Shown here one piece after another: positions 41,013 to 50,871 of a stretch of DNA of 64,000 bases (position 1 is its first letter; the number at the start of each line of letters is the position of its first letter). This DNA comes from Candidatus Sumerlaeaceae bacterium (GTDB lineage Bacteria > Sumerlaeota > Sumerlaeia > Sumerlaeales > Sumerlaeaceae), in contig JBMFRB010000005.1 in the NCBI GenBank assembly GCA_049968255.1, positions 69,822 through 133,821 of the forward strand. The letters run 5' to 3'. The position numbers and the translations under genes are program-made. The notes below the pieces were generated by a model. The model had not been told where the DNA came from and did no database searches. It was given only the letters and a program-made list of their open reading frames with translations.

Positions 41013-41923
41013 GCACAGTTGGCCAACACTCTCTCAATCACGGCCGAGCGATGGACCGGCGGCTGGTCGCTGCGATTGGGCTGAATGCTTTGACCGTGGC
41101 AACGGAGATCATCGGCGGACTGATGTCCGGGAGCTTGGCGCTGCTCAGCGACGCGCTGCATAATTTCACAGATGTGGCGGCGCTGGCCCTTGCTCTGGCG
41201 GCGCGAATTGTCGCTCGTCGCCGGCCGAGCTTGCGCCACACTTTCGGATTTCATCGGCTCGAGATTATCGCTGCATTTGTAAACGGGGCCACGCTTCTCA
41301 TCGTGGCAACGCTTGTCGTGCACGAAGCGTTGGTCCGGCTTTTTTCTCCTGTGGCCGTGAACCAACAGATCATGCTTGTCGTCGCACTTGTCGGTCTTGG
41401 GGCCAATCTCTTCTCAGTCGTCTTGCTCCATCGCCATGACAGTGAAGACATCAACATTCGAGCTGCCTTCCTGCATCTGTTGCAGGATACGCTTTCGTCG
41501 GTTGTGGTTGTCATCGCAGCATTGTTTGCGCAAAAGGCGTGGGGTCGCTATTTGGATCCTTTGGCATCGATCTTGGTGATTTCGCTCATTTGTTTGGGAA
41601 CCTACCGGCTGGTTCGGCGGGCGCTACACATTTTGATGCAAGGCACGCCGCCTGGCGTCGCCATCGAGGAGTTGCGGGCTGACATCGTCGCGCACTTCGG
41701 TCTCGCCGACATGCGCCACATCCATGTGTGGGAACTAGGTACCGGCTATCACGTGCTGACAGCTCACTTGGTTACCGGGCCTGACGGCGTCGTGCCGCTC
41801 CTACAACGCGTGCCAGAAATTCGCGAGTATTTGCGACGGGAATGGCACATCGAGCATGCGACACTGGAGGTTGAACCTGTCCCCTCAGAACATTGCTCAT
41901 TGGATTATCATCCGGAGAGCTGA
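41009..41923 (+). CDS. Cation diffusion facilitator (Zn/Co/Cd efflux, CzcD/ZitB-like)
   Basis: SLALLSDALHNFTD, TFGFHRLE, NIRAAFLHLLQD, HIHVW, EHATLE; ATGA overlap with the chrA stop. Confidence 0.93.
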   Translation: MSTVGQHSLNHGRAMDRRLVAAIGLNALTVATEIIGGLMSGSLALLSDALHNFTDVAALALALAARIVARRRPSLRHTFGFHRLEIIAAFVNGATLLIVATLVVHEALVRLFSPVAVNQQIMLVVALVGLGANLFSVVLLHRHDSEDINIRAAFLHLLQDTLSSVVVVIAALFAQKAWGRYLDPLASILVISLICLGTYRLVRRALHILMQGTPPGVAIEELRADIVAHFGLADMRHIHVWELGTGYHVLTAHLVTGPDGVVPLLQRVPEIREYLRREWHIEHATLEVEPVPSEHCSLDYHPES

Positions 41924-41941
41924 TTAGTTCTCGCCGGAGGT

Positions 41942-42757
41942 TTAGCTCACCCCGTCGCGGTCAAGAATGGCCGTCCACCGGCCATGGCGATACATCACGC
42001 GAATGGGAAGGTCGAAAAGCTCGCTGAGCCGCCGTGAGCAAAGCGTCGTGCGGATAGGGCCAGCAGCGAGCACACGTCCTGCACGCAAGAGCAGGGCATG
42101 GGTAAATATTTCTGTTATTTCCTCGACGTGATGTGTGGTTAGCACAAGGGTGGGGGCACTCGGCCTCTGCGAAACAAGCTCGAGTGTGTGCAAAACGAAT
42201 TCGCGACCAGCCAAATCGAGGCCTGCGCAAGGCTCGTCGAGAATCACAATCTCGGGTTTCCGCATGAGTGCCCGAGCAATGAGCAGGCGCTGGCGCTCGC
42301 CGGTGCTCATTGCTCCAAAGGGCTTTTCGAGCAAGTCTTGTGTGTGCGTTTCGACTGCGGTTTGCACGACGTGGCGAAGTTCCGCTGATGTGGGGGGGTC
42401 GAAAAGGTTGAGATGTGCGCGCGCCCCCGTGATAAGAACTTCGGCCCCGACGAGGTCAGGCCGAATCATTCGCATCAGAGGTTCGCTGACAAAAGCAATG
42501 CGGCGGCGCAACTGCGTGAGGTCCACTGCGCCGAAGCGATGACGCAGGACACAAACCTCGCCCTCGGTCGGCCACAGATACCCGCACAGAATGTTCAATA
42601 AGGTCGTCTTGCCTGCACCGTTGGGACCGTAGAGAACCCAATGCTCGCCGCTGCGCACTGTCCACGAAACGCCATCGAGAATCCGGCGATTCTCACGTTC
42701 AAGCGTGATATTGTTCAGCGCGATAACTTCGTCATAGTCTGTCGTTTTTTGCTCCAC
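41942..42757 (-). CDS. ABC transporter ATP-binding protein (YlmA/ModF-like), no adjacent permease
   Basis: GEHW, GPNGAGKTT, MSTGERQR, ILDEP, THH. Confidence 0.9.
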   Translation of the reverse strand: MEQKTTDYDEVIALNNITLERENRRILDGVSWTVRSGEHWVLYGPNGAGKTTLLNILCGYLWPTEGEVCVLRHRFGAVDLTQLRRRIAFVSEPLMRMIRPDLVGAEVLITGARAHLNLFDPPTSAELRHVVQTAVETHTQDLLEKPFGAMSTGERQRLLIARALMRKPEIVILDEPCAGLDLAGREFVLHTLELVSQRPSAPTLVLTTHHVEEITEIFTHALLLRAGRVLAAGPIRTTLCSRRLSELFDLPIRVMYRHGRWTAILDRDGVS

Positions 42758-42770
42758 TGATGACGTCCTT

Positions 42771-43862
42771 ATGAATGATGCTCGGGGGGCAATGCAATGT
42801 CACAGCCAAACATGTTGGGTATCATCCAGAACTGCTATCGCAACAAAAGGGCTTCTTATTCTCGCACTGATGTTTTGTTATCAATTTTCGAGCACTTTTG
42901 CCGCAGCGGAGACTACACGTAGCAGCGAATTGCTCTTCGAGCGGCGAGCATTCCCCCAGCTCAATCTCGAAGTGGATTACACGCCGGCAGATGCTCGGTG
43001 GGTCGACGACGTTGTGGCGCGCACCGATAGTGCGCGGCGTATCCTGAATAAGTTGATGCCTGATGCTTTGCTCGCGAACGTACGCGTGGTGATCGCTCCG
43101 ACGAAAGAAACATTTTTGGCTCTTGTGGGTGGATGGGCAGAGCACTCCGCTGCTGTGGCTTTGCGCACTCGCCCGATTCCAACGATCGTGATCAACGCCG
43201 ATGCGTTGCGAACTGTGCCCCCCGTGGAATTCTCGCGCACGCTGTTGCACGAGCTTGTGCACTGCTATCTTGGTCTGCGCCTCAAAACTTCTCTGCCGCG
43301 TTGGTTCGAAGAAGGGGTGGCTGTGATCGCAGCCGATGAAGTGAACTTCGATGACGCTGCTGAGGTCGCGATTGCTGCCTTATTGCACAGGACTATTCCC
43401 CTCCGCGAGCTTGCTTGGCATTTTCCCTCCCAAGCGGAGCGGCAGCGGCTGGCATATCGTCAATCGGCTTCTGTCGTGCGGTTTCTCATGAACGAACAAG
43501 GGGGCACACTCTCGTCGCTCCTTGAGCCCTTTCTTGGTCCCGATGGTGAGCGACGCATTGCAGAACTGTGGAACCCACTCTACCTCGAACCACTGGAGCT
43601 GCGCTGGAAGCACTCTGTCATTTCGTGGCAGAGCTGGGTTATTGCGCTATCGCGCTCTGGCTCCTTCTGGGTGCTTGTTGCGCTCTTGACAGTGCTTGCG
43701 TGGTATCTCCGAAAGCAGCGCAGTATAGCTCAGCGCCGCCAATGGGAGGAAGAAGAGCGCATCTATGGTGTGTTCGATGAAGATGAACGACAAAAGCCAG
43801 CCCTTGAAGAGCGCGAAAAAGAGCAAGAAGATGGGGCACGGCCCCCGTGGTACGGGGGTTGA
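42771..43862 (+). CDS. Peptidase MA-like zinc metallopeptidase with C-terminal TM helix
   Basis: HELVH followed by PRWFEEG, AYRQS; signal-like N-terminus and TM FWVLVALLTVLAWYL. Confidence 0.8.
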   Translation: MNDARGAMQCHSQTCWVSSRTAIATKGLLILALMFCYQFSSTFAAAETTRSSELLFERRAFPQLNLEVDYTPADARWVDDVVARTDSARRILNKLMPDALLANVRVVIAPTKETFLALVGGWAEHSAAVALRTRPIPTIVINADALRTVPPVEFSRTLLHELVHCYLGLRLKTSLPRWFEEGVAVIAADEVNFDDAAEVAIAALLHRTIPLRELAWHFPSQAERQRLAYRQSASVVRFLMNEQGGTLSSLLEPFLGPDGERRIAELWNPLYLEPLELRWKHSVISWQSWVIALSRSGSFWVLVALLTVLAWYLRKQRSIAQRRQWEEEERIYGVFDEDERQKPALEEREKEQEDGARPPWYGG

Positions 43863-43865
43863 AAT

Positions 43866-44249
<384 letters not shown>

Positions 44250-45620
44250 TTAGGCCGCATAGGCACTCTCGCCGTGCTGCGTGAGGTCGAGACCCATACG
44301 CTCGTCGTCTTCACTCACACGCAGGCCGATTGTCTTGTCCACGAGCTTGAGGATCAAGAACGATACGAGCGCCGTGTAAGCAAGCGTGGCAACCACCGCA
44401 ACCGCTTGCACCGCGAGCAGGCGCAGCCCACCATGGATGAGGCCCTGATTCGCACCGATCGATGGGTTGATCCAGTTGCTCGCGAAGACGCCCGTGAGCA
44501 GCGCCCCCAGGGTGCCACCGACTCCGTGAACGCCGAAGGCATCGAGGGCATCATCAATACCTCGGCGGGCACGCCAGGTCACAGCCCACGCACATACAAC
44601 ACCTGCTATGCCGCCAATGACCAAAGCTGCGATTGGGCCCACATAACCCGAAGCGGGAGTAATCGCAACCAAACCAGCAACGGCGCCTGAGGCAATGCCA
44701 AGCGCCGTCGGCTTCTCTTTCTCGAACCAATCGTAAAGCAGCCAGGCGACTGCGCCGCCACATGCTCCGCAGTGCGTGGCAACGAACGCAGCGACAGCCA
44801 CCGAGCCACTGCTCAACGCACTCCCTGCATTGAAACCAAACCATCCGAACCAGAGCAAGCCGGCACCCAAAAGCGTGAAAGGCAAGGAGTGCGGCAAGAA
44901 AGGAGTGCGCGGGAATCCGCGGCGAGGCCCAATCATGAGGGCCGCCAGGAGCGCAGTGATGCCGCTGGTCATGTGGACAACAGTGCCCCCCGCGAAATCA
45001 AGGGAGCCGATTTGCTTGAGCCAGCCTTTTTCACTCCACACCCAATGGGCGACTGGATCATAGACAAGGGTAGTCCAAAGGACCACGAAAACAAGATAAG
45101 CTTTAAACTTCATTCGCTCGGCGAAGGCACCAGCTATGAGCGCGGGTGTGATAATTGCAAACATGCACTGATAAATCATAAACACGCGGTGCGGAACGGT
45201 CGCGCTGTAGACGGCGTATGGAGTGAGTCCAACGGCACGACCGCCGAACCAATTGAGTGAACCAAGAAATCCAAAGTCTCCGACGCGGAGCGATGAGGGG
45301 CCAAAGGCGAGGGAGTAACCAAAAAGGTACCACTGCACAGTGACGACGCCGAGCGCCACAAAGCAATGCATGGCAACAGACAGCACATTCTTGGCTCTGA
45401 CCAAACCGCCATAAAAAAAGGCCAATGCTGGAGTCATGAGCATGACCAGCGCGGCGCTCATGATGAGAAAGGCAGTGTCGGCCTTATCAATACTGCTTTC
45501 GGATCCGTGCGCGGAAGGAACGGCGACACGGCCCGCAAGGATCAAAACAAGGAAGCCCAGGGCGGAAAACTTCAGAATGCTCGCGGGAAAACCATATCGT
45601 GTCCTCGTAAGATTGCGCAT
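44250..45620 (-). CDS. amtB: Ammonium transporter
   Basis: LAFFYGGLVR, FAIITPAL, DFAGGTVVH, WFGWFGFNAGS, DDALDAFGVHG (twin His intact). ATG 45620 preferred over GTG 45656. Confidence 0.97.
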   Translation of the reverse strand: MRNLTRTRYGFPASILKFSALGFLVLILAGRVAVPSAHGSESSIDKADTAFLIMSAALVMLMTPALAFFYGGLVRAKNVLSVAMHCFVALGVVTVQWYLFGYSLAFGPSSLRVGDFGFLGSLNWFGGRAVGLTPYAVYSATVPHRVFMIYQCMFAIITPALIAGAFAERMKFKAYLVFVVLWTTLVYDPVAHWVWSEKGWLKQIGSLDFAGGTVVHMTSGITALLAALMIGPRRGFPRTPFLPHSLPFTLLGAGLLWFGWFGFNAGSALSSGSVAVAAFVATHCGACGGAVAWLLYDWFEKEKPTALGIASGAVAGLVAITPASGYVGPIAALVIGGIAGVVCAWAVTWRARRGIDDALDAFGVHGVGGTLGALLTGVFASNWINPSIGANQGLIHGGLRLLAVQAVAVVATLAYTALVSFLILKLVDKTIGLRVSEDDERMGLDLTQHGESAYAA

Positions 45621-45674
45621 AGCTTCTCTATTCCAGTCGTGTTGAGTCGTTTCCACGTATGGAACGAACGTTCC

Positions 45675-45690
45675 AGCAAGTACTGGGCCA
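45675..45690 (-). promoter_or_regulatory. Sigma54 (-24/-12) promoter of amtB-glnK
   Basis: Minus strand TGGCCCAGTACTTGCT: GG-N10-GC with TTGC, about 55 nt upstream of ATG 45620. Confidence 0.75.
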
Positions 45691-45750
45691 ACGCGCTGGA
45701 GCTGAATTTATGCACGATGCCGAGCGAATCCCCGCGGGTTATGCTTCGAT

Positions 45751-45770
45751 TGCACCAGACGGGTGGTGCT
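45751..45770. promoter_or_regulatory. Palindromic candidate enhancer (bEBP site)
   Basis: TGCACCA-gacggg-TGGTGCT, about 60-80 bp upstream of the -24 element. Confidence 0.5.
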
Positions 45771-45854
45771 TTGTTAGCGCTTGGGTGCTGCAACGGCAGC
45801 AGCTCCGTGGGGGCAGGCACGGGTTGTCCACCCCGGTTGCGAAGGTAACATCTC

Positions 45855-48800
45855 TTATTCCGTGACGAGCGGATAAGCACGGATTTCGATGCGGTCTATG
45901 GTGAAGTTCCCTTCTTCGAGCAGACCGTTGGGCGGAGGACTCAGTGTATCCAAGAGATCGAAGCCAACGCGCAAATCTCGCCGTGACGGCGAATTGAGGC
46001 CGGGCCCCGGCTCGGCGGTGATATTCGGCATTCTTGCTGACAAATCGCCTGAGATGTCTGGGCGAATGTCGAGACTCATCGGCGTGTGGAAAATCATCGT
46101 GTACCAACCGCCGGTGGTCTCACTTCCCAGTTTGTCGGGATTGCTCGAACCGATACCGGGCAAAGCTTGCGCGGCAATCGTGTTGTTGATTGTCCCAGCG
46201 GAAAGCGCTCCACCGATCTCGAGTTTCTGCGACCACGAGAAGCGAATCGAGCGCGCCCGGAACCGGAGCTGTGGATTGCGGTTCGAGCTCGAGGTGGAGC
46301 TTGCGTGGAAACGGATCTTATATTGCTTGCCAGGCTCGACACGCAGACGGGCGGCATAATTGGCATCCGTCCCGAAATCGATAGCGGCAACTCCCAAACG
46401 CGTTCCGCCGAGCTGATTATTGAATCCCTCCGAGCTCACAGTGACGCCGAAGGGGCCCTCTGCGTAGGCTGGCGCGTAATTGTTGTCGCGCACGCCGTAA
46501 TCGCCCTCTGTCCCTGACGTGAAGACCATGCTGAAAAGATCCTTCACAGCACCCGGCCGCGAGGATGCAAGCTCGCCCGCATCGCTGCTGGTGGGCGCGA
46601 ACGTCTTCACCGGTGCGACAGAATTCGGAATCGTGCTCGCCGGATAGGTGCCGAGCACGAGTTCTGTGAGGGCGATATAGCCGCTGTCCTGAGGGAATGT
46701 GGCATAGGCCTCGAAGCCGGCAGCGATGCCTTCGGTGCCGCCGTTTGCCAAAAGGTAAGGAACGTCCACGGGATCGAAATCCACGCGATAGAGCGAAGGT
46801 TTTGTGGGATCGGTGGAAGGCCGCAGCTCCTGCTCAAGCAACTCATCCGAAGCAGACATATTTGTGTGATTGAACACTTCGAGCATCGCGTTCTGTGCGT
46901 AGCGCACGGCCAAGCGGAGCCGCAGATTAGGAATGGCATTGAAACTTGAGCCCGAGCCGTAGACGTAGAACTTTCCGCGCACGTATTTGTCCGTGCCGAC
47001 GGCGCTATAGGGTAGCCATTTTGTGCTGTCGGTCATCCAGCCGGCCACTCGATAGCGCGAAGGATCGGAGACGACGCTGGCGCGCAGGGCCGTGTGCGCC
47101 TGAACGTAATCCACCGATGTGGCATTGTTTGGTGTGCGCACGAACGTGTTCCAGCCAGCAGCCGTGGTCAAGGCATCCTGATAGGCCGGCGTAAATGGCG
47201 GTGGGAAGAAGAAATCCAGCGTCCGTTTCATGACGGAATCGCGCGCGTCCTCGTCCACGATAGTCTCGAAGGGGAAGGCGAGGTACACCAGCTTATACGA
47301 CCCCGCATATTGAACGCCCGCGACCGCGCCAGTTGTGCTGGCCGCCATCGTGTAGCGCGCATCGTCGAAATAGAGGTGCCCCTCGTTCGCACTGCCGGTC
47401 TTCGAGACCTGAATTGAATCGAAGCGAACGTTGGGACCATCGATGACATTGTTCGATGCATTAGCCCAGACCGTCGCGGGATCGCTCTGCAAGTTCCAGC
47501 GGATCTCGCGCCAACCGGTGAAATTGATCATGAGCCAGTTGTTTACGTAGATCTCGTTGTCTGAATCGCGCAGCGCAATTCGCACGCTATGCCCCGAGCC
47601 GTCGCCGTAGATCCAGATCGAGAAGGTGCTGGTAGCGGGTAGCTCTGGCAATGCGCTGTTGTAAAGGCGGATAAAATTGCCAGTGCCCCAGACGTAGTAA
47701 AGGTCACCCGATCCCGCTGCGCGCAGGACAGGTGTTGTAGCAATGCTGAAAGCTGACGCAGCGTCTGCGTTCGTTTGGGAGCTGTAGTTCGGATCCTTCC
47801 AACCTCCGATGGTTTCGAAATCATCGAGCTGAGAACTACCGCCACCATAATAAAGGGCCGCTAGAGAGCCACCGCTGGTGGTGATGACGTCAGGGTAGCG
47901 TACAGCGTATCGGGGGCCCGTCCCATCATCGAAAGCAAAGCTTCCCAAGCCGGCAAAAATGTTGCCGGTCGCCGGCAAGACGGTATTCACGCCGGAGCTA
48001 TCGGCCACATAGTTGGCGCGTAACACCGTGTCCACAAACGTGGTTGAACCGCCCCGATCAAGATCCCACGCAATCTCTGCGCCGCTTATGAAAAGTTTAC
48101 CGCCAGCATTAAGATAATTTGTTATCTTTGTTTGCTGCACGGGGGTGATCGAGATGTCGGTGGTCGGGTCGGTCGTGCTGACTTCCGCCTGGATACCACC
48201 AATCCAGATAACGGCAGCATAATTCGCCAGATCCACGTAGTTGAGTTCGATCGCCTCGTCCTCGCACGAATCGAACGCAATGCTGCGTCCCCAAGCAGCT
48301 ACAGCGTTAGCATGCTCGGTGATGTAATCGAAGGTGTTCATCTTTGCAAGCCGCTGGCGGTAGAGCGTGCTGCCGCTCCAGGGCACAGCCTGACGTGTCG
48401 CGATGTCGAGTTTGTCAAAGCCATTCACAATAAGGACCTTCGGCGCTTGGGGATCGGACGATGTGCGCACTGCCATGACTTCTGTGGGAAAGCTTTCCCC
48501 ACCTTGGTTCGTGGCGGTGACGTAGAAGAAGTAGTTGGTGTCGGGTGTCAATCCGCTCAGAACGTAAGTGGTTGTTGCACCGCCACTAATTTCGATAGGG
48601 GCAGGAAATGCACGGCCATGACTGCTGACGTAGAGCCGATAACCGGTTGCGGCGTCGCCGCGCACACCTTGCGAATCGGTCAACGGCTGATCCCACTGCA
48701 GGCGCACCGACGTGGGGCCCGTCTGCACAACCCGGAAGTTGCGGGGCGGCTCCGGCAGCAAGTAAACGGGTGTACCGTTGCGATTGGCCCAGAACTTCAC

Positions 48801-50738
48801 AATGCCTTGATAAATCGCCCGACCCATGACTTGCCGGAACTTCGGATCATGGTAAAGCGCCATGTCCGTTGCGTTGTCGTGAAATAGCCATTCGCCGAGG
48901 AAAATGGGCATGAGGTCGCCTACGTTCGAGGGGCTGTTTTCGCTATAAGTACCGTAACGCTTGCCTATGCCATGATTGATGAATTGGCTACTGTAACCTT
49001 TCTGACAGTCATTGAGCACCTCATCGTGGACGAAGTTGCGGAAGGTATCGTGCCACGTGCCCTCGTAGCCGGTGTAGACGTAAGTGTCCATACCGCGCGC
49101 TGTTCCGTCGAAGGCGTTCGTGTGTGAACTAATAAAGACGCTGTCCTGCGCGGGTGCGCCATAGGCCACGGCGGCATCGCGAAGCCACCGGCCAAAACGC
49201 GGCCGTGCTGGCCAGCCATCTTGCTCGTCGTTTCCTGAACCGTCGTAAAGCGAACTTGGAGCACCGCTATATTGGATGTGATAGCGTGCTTCTTCCTCAA
49301 AGCGCGGCTTGCCGCTTGTCCCCGCGTTGCCGCGGGTGATGAGCCCCATGCCGCCGCCAAATCGCACAGCGTCGGCGCTGACGTAATGTGTAGTTGAGCT
49401 CGAATCGTTTAGCAGCTCGACGCTGGCCCGTGTCTGATTTACTCCGCTTTCAAAGTAGAAGGTGCCAAGGTAAATCCACGTGAAACGGCGCATCCGTTGG
49501 TCAACGTAAGCGTCGGTGGAGCCGCCGGCGTGATAAATTCGATAGTGAGCCTGCGGTGAGCGATTTGTGTAGGCCCCATGCGTGACGTAGACATTATACC
49601 AGCCGTCAGCAGGAATTTGGGGAACCCACCGCGCCGTTGCGGTCGGGGTGCCCGTGACACATTGCACCAGCCGATTCGTGCCAGAGGTGAACGGGTCTAC
49701 CCCTGAGGGATAAGGGGCAAAACCATTCTTGTAGCCGGCAAGGGAACTATTGAACCAGCCACTCCCTGTTTCGTAGTACCCTTTTGTGCCATCCCAGCCA
49801 TCGTCGTTGTCCACCACAACCATGTTGGGATTGAAGTCGGATTCGCGCACACTGAAGACATCCGCCCCAGCGTTATAGCAGTAGGCCCACACCCACTGAT
49901 TCACAAGCTCAACGTTAGAGAAATCCTCGATATTTTCTTGGCTGAAGCCGCGCTGAAGTCCCCAGTAATCCGATGTGTCACGCCACGTCCAGCCGTGGCC
50001 AGGATTGAGATAGACCGCCTTGCCAGTCAATGCGCCGGTGGGTCGAAGGCCAGCCGGCCGGGGATATTGATTGAGGCGAGGTTCGCTCTCTGGAGCAGGC
50101 GGGCTGGACGGGCTGGTTGCCTGATCGCCAACAGCAGGTGCTTTTGCAGTATCCGGCGTCGTATCAACGGGTGGGGGCGACTCATGGGGGAGCAGCGTGT
50201 CGAGCGGCACAAATTCCGTCGATTTCTGGGCTCGTGCATAGATCGCAAAAGACCGGACGGGCAATTGCTGAAGATTGCGGATGACCGCCTCTGAGATGCG
50301 ATCGAAACGCGCTTGCACTGCGGCAGGTGAACTCACAAAATCGTCGGGGAAAGTGAAATAGACCGCGATCTCGTCGCCACGCACAACGACATCGCTTAGC
50401 GACGTCGCTAAGGGAAATGCCACCGTTGCAGCATCGTCGCGCTGCAGAGTCTTATAGCCTTCGAGAACGGCCTGAAGGATGGCACGTGCCCTTGTGGCAA
50501 GATCTTGAGTATCCGCCTGCAAGAGTTCGGGCCGCTTGATCGTCACATACCCATCGGACGTGGGCAAAAGCACAACGGGTACGCTCGACTTGGCCCGTTG
50601 GCTGGGCCATGGCCGACCTTCGGCATCTAAACCCAGGTCGCTGAGCTTATCATGCGATGCTGGTTCGGCTCCAAGCGGGAAAAAGCTTACGGTCGAGAAA
50701 ACGACCACGAGCAATGCCGTAGCGCGAAACAAAATCAT
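45855..50738 (-). CDS. Large secreted N-acetylmuramoyl-L-alanine amidase (Amidase_3-like) with golvesin-like, FN3 and CBM-like modules
   Basis: Signal peptide; Zn and catalytic motifs YLNPGHG, EDFSN, ISSHTNA, FLGEWLFHDN; FN3 (PEPPRNFRV..LTPDTNYFFYVTATN); VLIVNGFD domain; unknown C-terminal region. Confidence 0.85.
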   Translation of the reverse strand: MILFRATALLVVVFSTVSFFPLGAEPASHDKLSDLGLDAEGRPWPSQRAKSSVPVVLLPTSDGYVTIKRPELLQADTQDLATRARAILQAVLEGYKTLQRDDAATVAFPLATSLSDVVVRGDEIAVYFTFPDDFVSSPAAVQARFDRISEAVIRNLQQLPVRSFAIYARAQKSTEFVPLDTLLPHESPPPVDTTPDTAKAPAVGDQATSPSSPPAPESEPRLNQYPRPAGLRPTGALTGKAVYLNPGHGWTWRDTSDYWGLQRGFSQENIEDFSNVELVNQWVWAYCYNAGADVFSVRESDFNPNMVVVDNDDGWDGTKGYYETGSGWFNSSLAGYKNGFAPYPSGVDPFTSGTNRLVQCVTGTPTATARWVPQIPADGWYNVYVTHGAYTNRSPQAHYRIYHAGGSTDAYVDQRMRRFTWIYLGTFYFESGVNQTRASVELLNDSSSTTHYVSADAVRFGGGMGLITRGNAGTSGKPRFEEEARYHIQYSGAPSSLYDGSGNDEQDGWPARPRFGRWLRDAAVAYGAPAQDSVFISSHTNAFDGTARGMDTYVYTGYEGTWHDTFRNFVHDEVLNDCQKGYSSQFINHGIGKRYGTYSENSPSNVGDLMPIFLGEWLFHDNATDMALYHDPKFRQVMGRAIYQGIVKFWANRNGTPVYLLPEPPRNFRVVQTGPTSVRLQWDQPLTDSQGVRGDAATGYRLYVSSHGRAFPAPIEISGGATTTYVLSGLTPDTNYFFYVTATNQGGESFPTEVMAVRTSSDPQAPKVLIVNGFDKLDIATRQAVPWSGSTLYRQRLAKMNTFDYITEHANAVAAWGRSIAFDSCEDEAIELNYVDLANYAAVIWIGGIQAEVSTTDPTTDISITPVQQTKITNYLNAGGKLFISGAEIAWDLDRGGSTTFVDTVLRANYVADSSGVNTVLPATGNIFAGLGSFAFDDGTGPRYAVRYPDVITTSGGSLAALYYGGGSSQLDDFETIGGWKDPNYSSQTNADAASAFSIATTPVLRAAGSGDLYYVWGTGNFIRLYNSALPELPATSTFSIWIYGDGSGHSVRIALRDSDNEIYVNNWLMINFTGWREIRWNLQSDPATVWANASNNVIDGPNVRFDSIQVSKTGSANEGHLYFDDARYTMAASTTGAVAGVQYAGSYKLVYLAFPFETIVDEDARDSVMKRTLDFFFPPPFTPAYQDALTTAAGWNTFVRTPNNATSVDYVQAHTALRASVVSDPSRYRVAGWMTDSTKWLPYSAVGTDKYVRGKFYVYGSGSSFNAIPNLRLRLAVRYAQNAMLEVFNHTNMSASDELLEQELRPSTDPTKPSLYRVDFDPVDVPYLLANGGTEGIAAGFEAYATFPQDSGYIALTELVLGTYPASTIPNSVAPVKTFAPTSSDAGELASSRPGAVKDLFSMVFTSGTEGDYGVRDNNYAPAYAEGPFGVTVSSEGFNNQLGGTRLGVAAIDFGTDANYAARLRVEPGKQYKIRFHASSTSSSNRNPQLRFRARSIRFSWSQKLEIGGALSAGTINNTIAAQALPGIGSSNPDKLGSETTGGWYTMIFHTPMSLDIRPDISGDLSARMPNITAEPGPGLNSPSRRDLRVGFDLLDTLSPPPNGLLEEGNFTIDRIEIRAYPLVTE

Positions 50739-50871
50739 CCTTACCCTCTCCTTTGCAGCACGCCGTTGGCTGCAACGCGTGCCGACCTAATCATAAAACA
50801 AACTCCGCAGCCCAAACGGAAGATTCAACGACAATACGGACGCTTTTGGAGCGATCTCATGCATGATTTCG

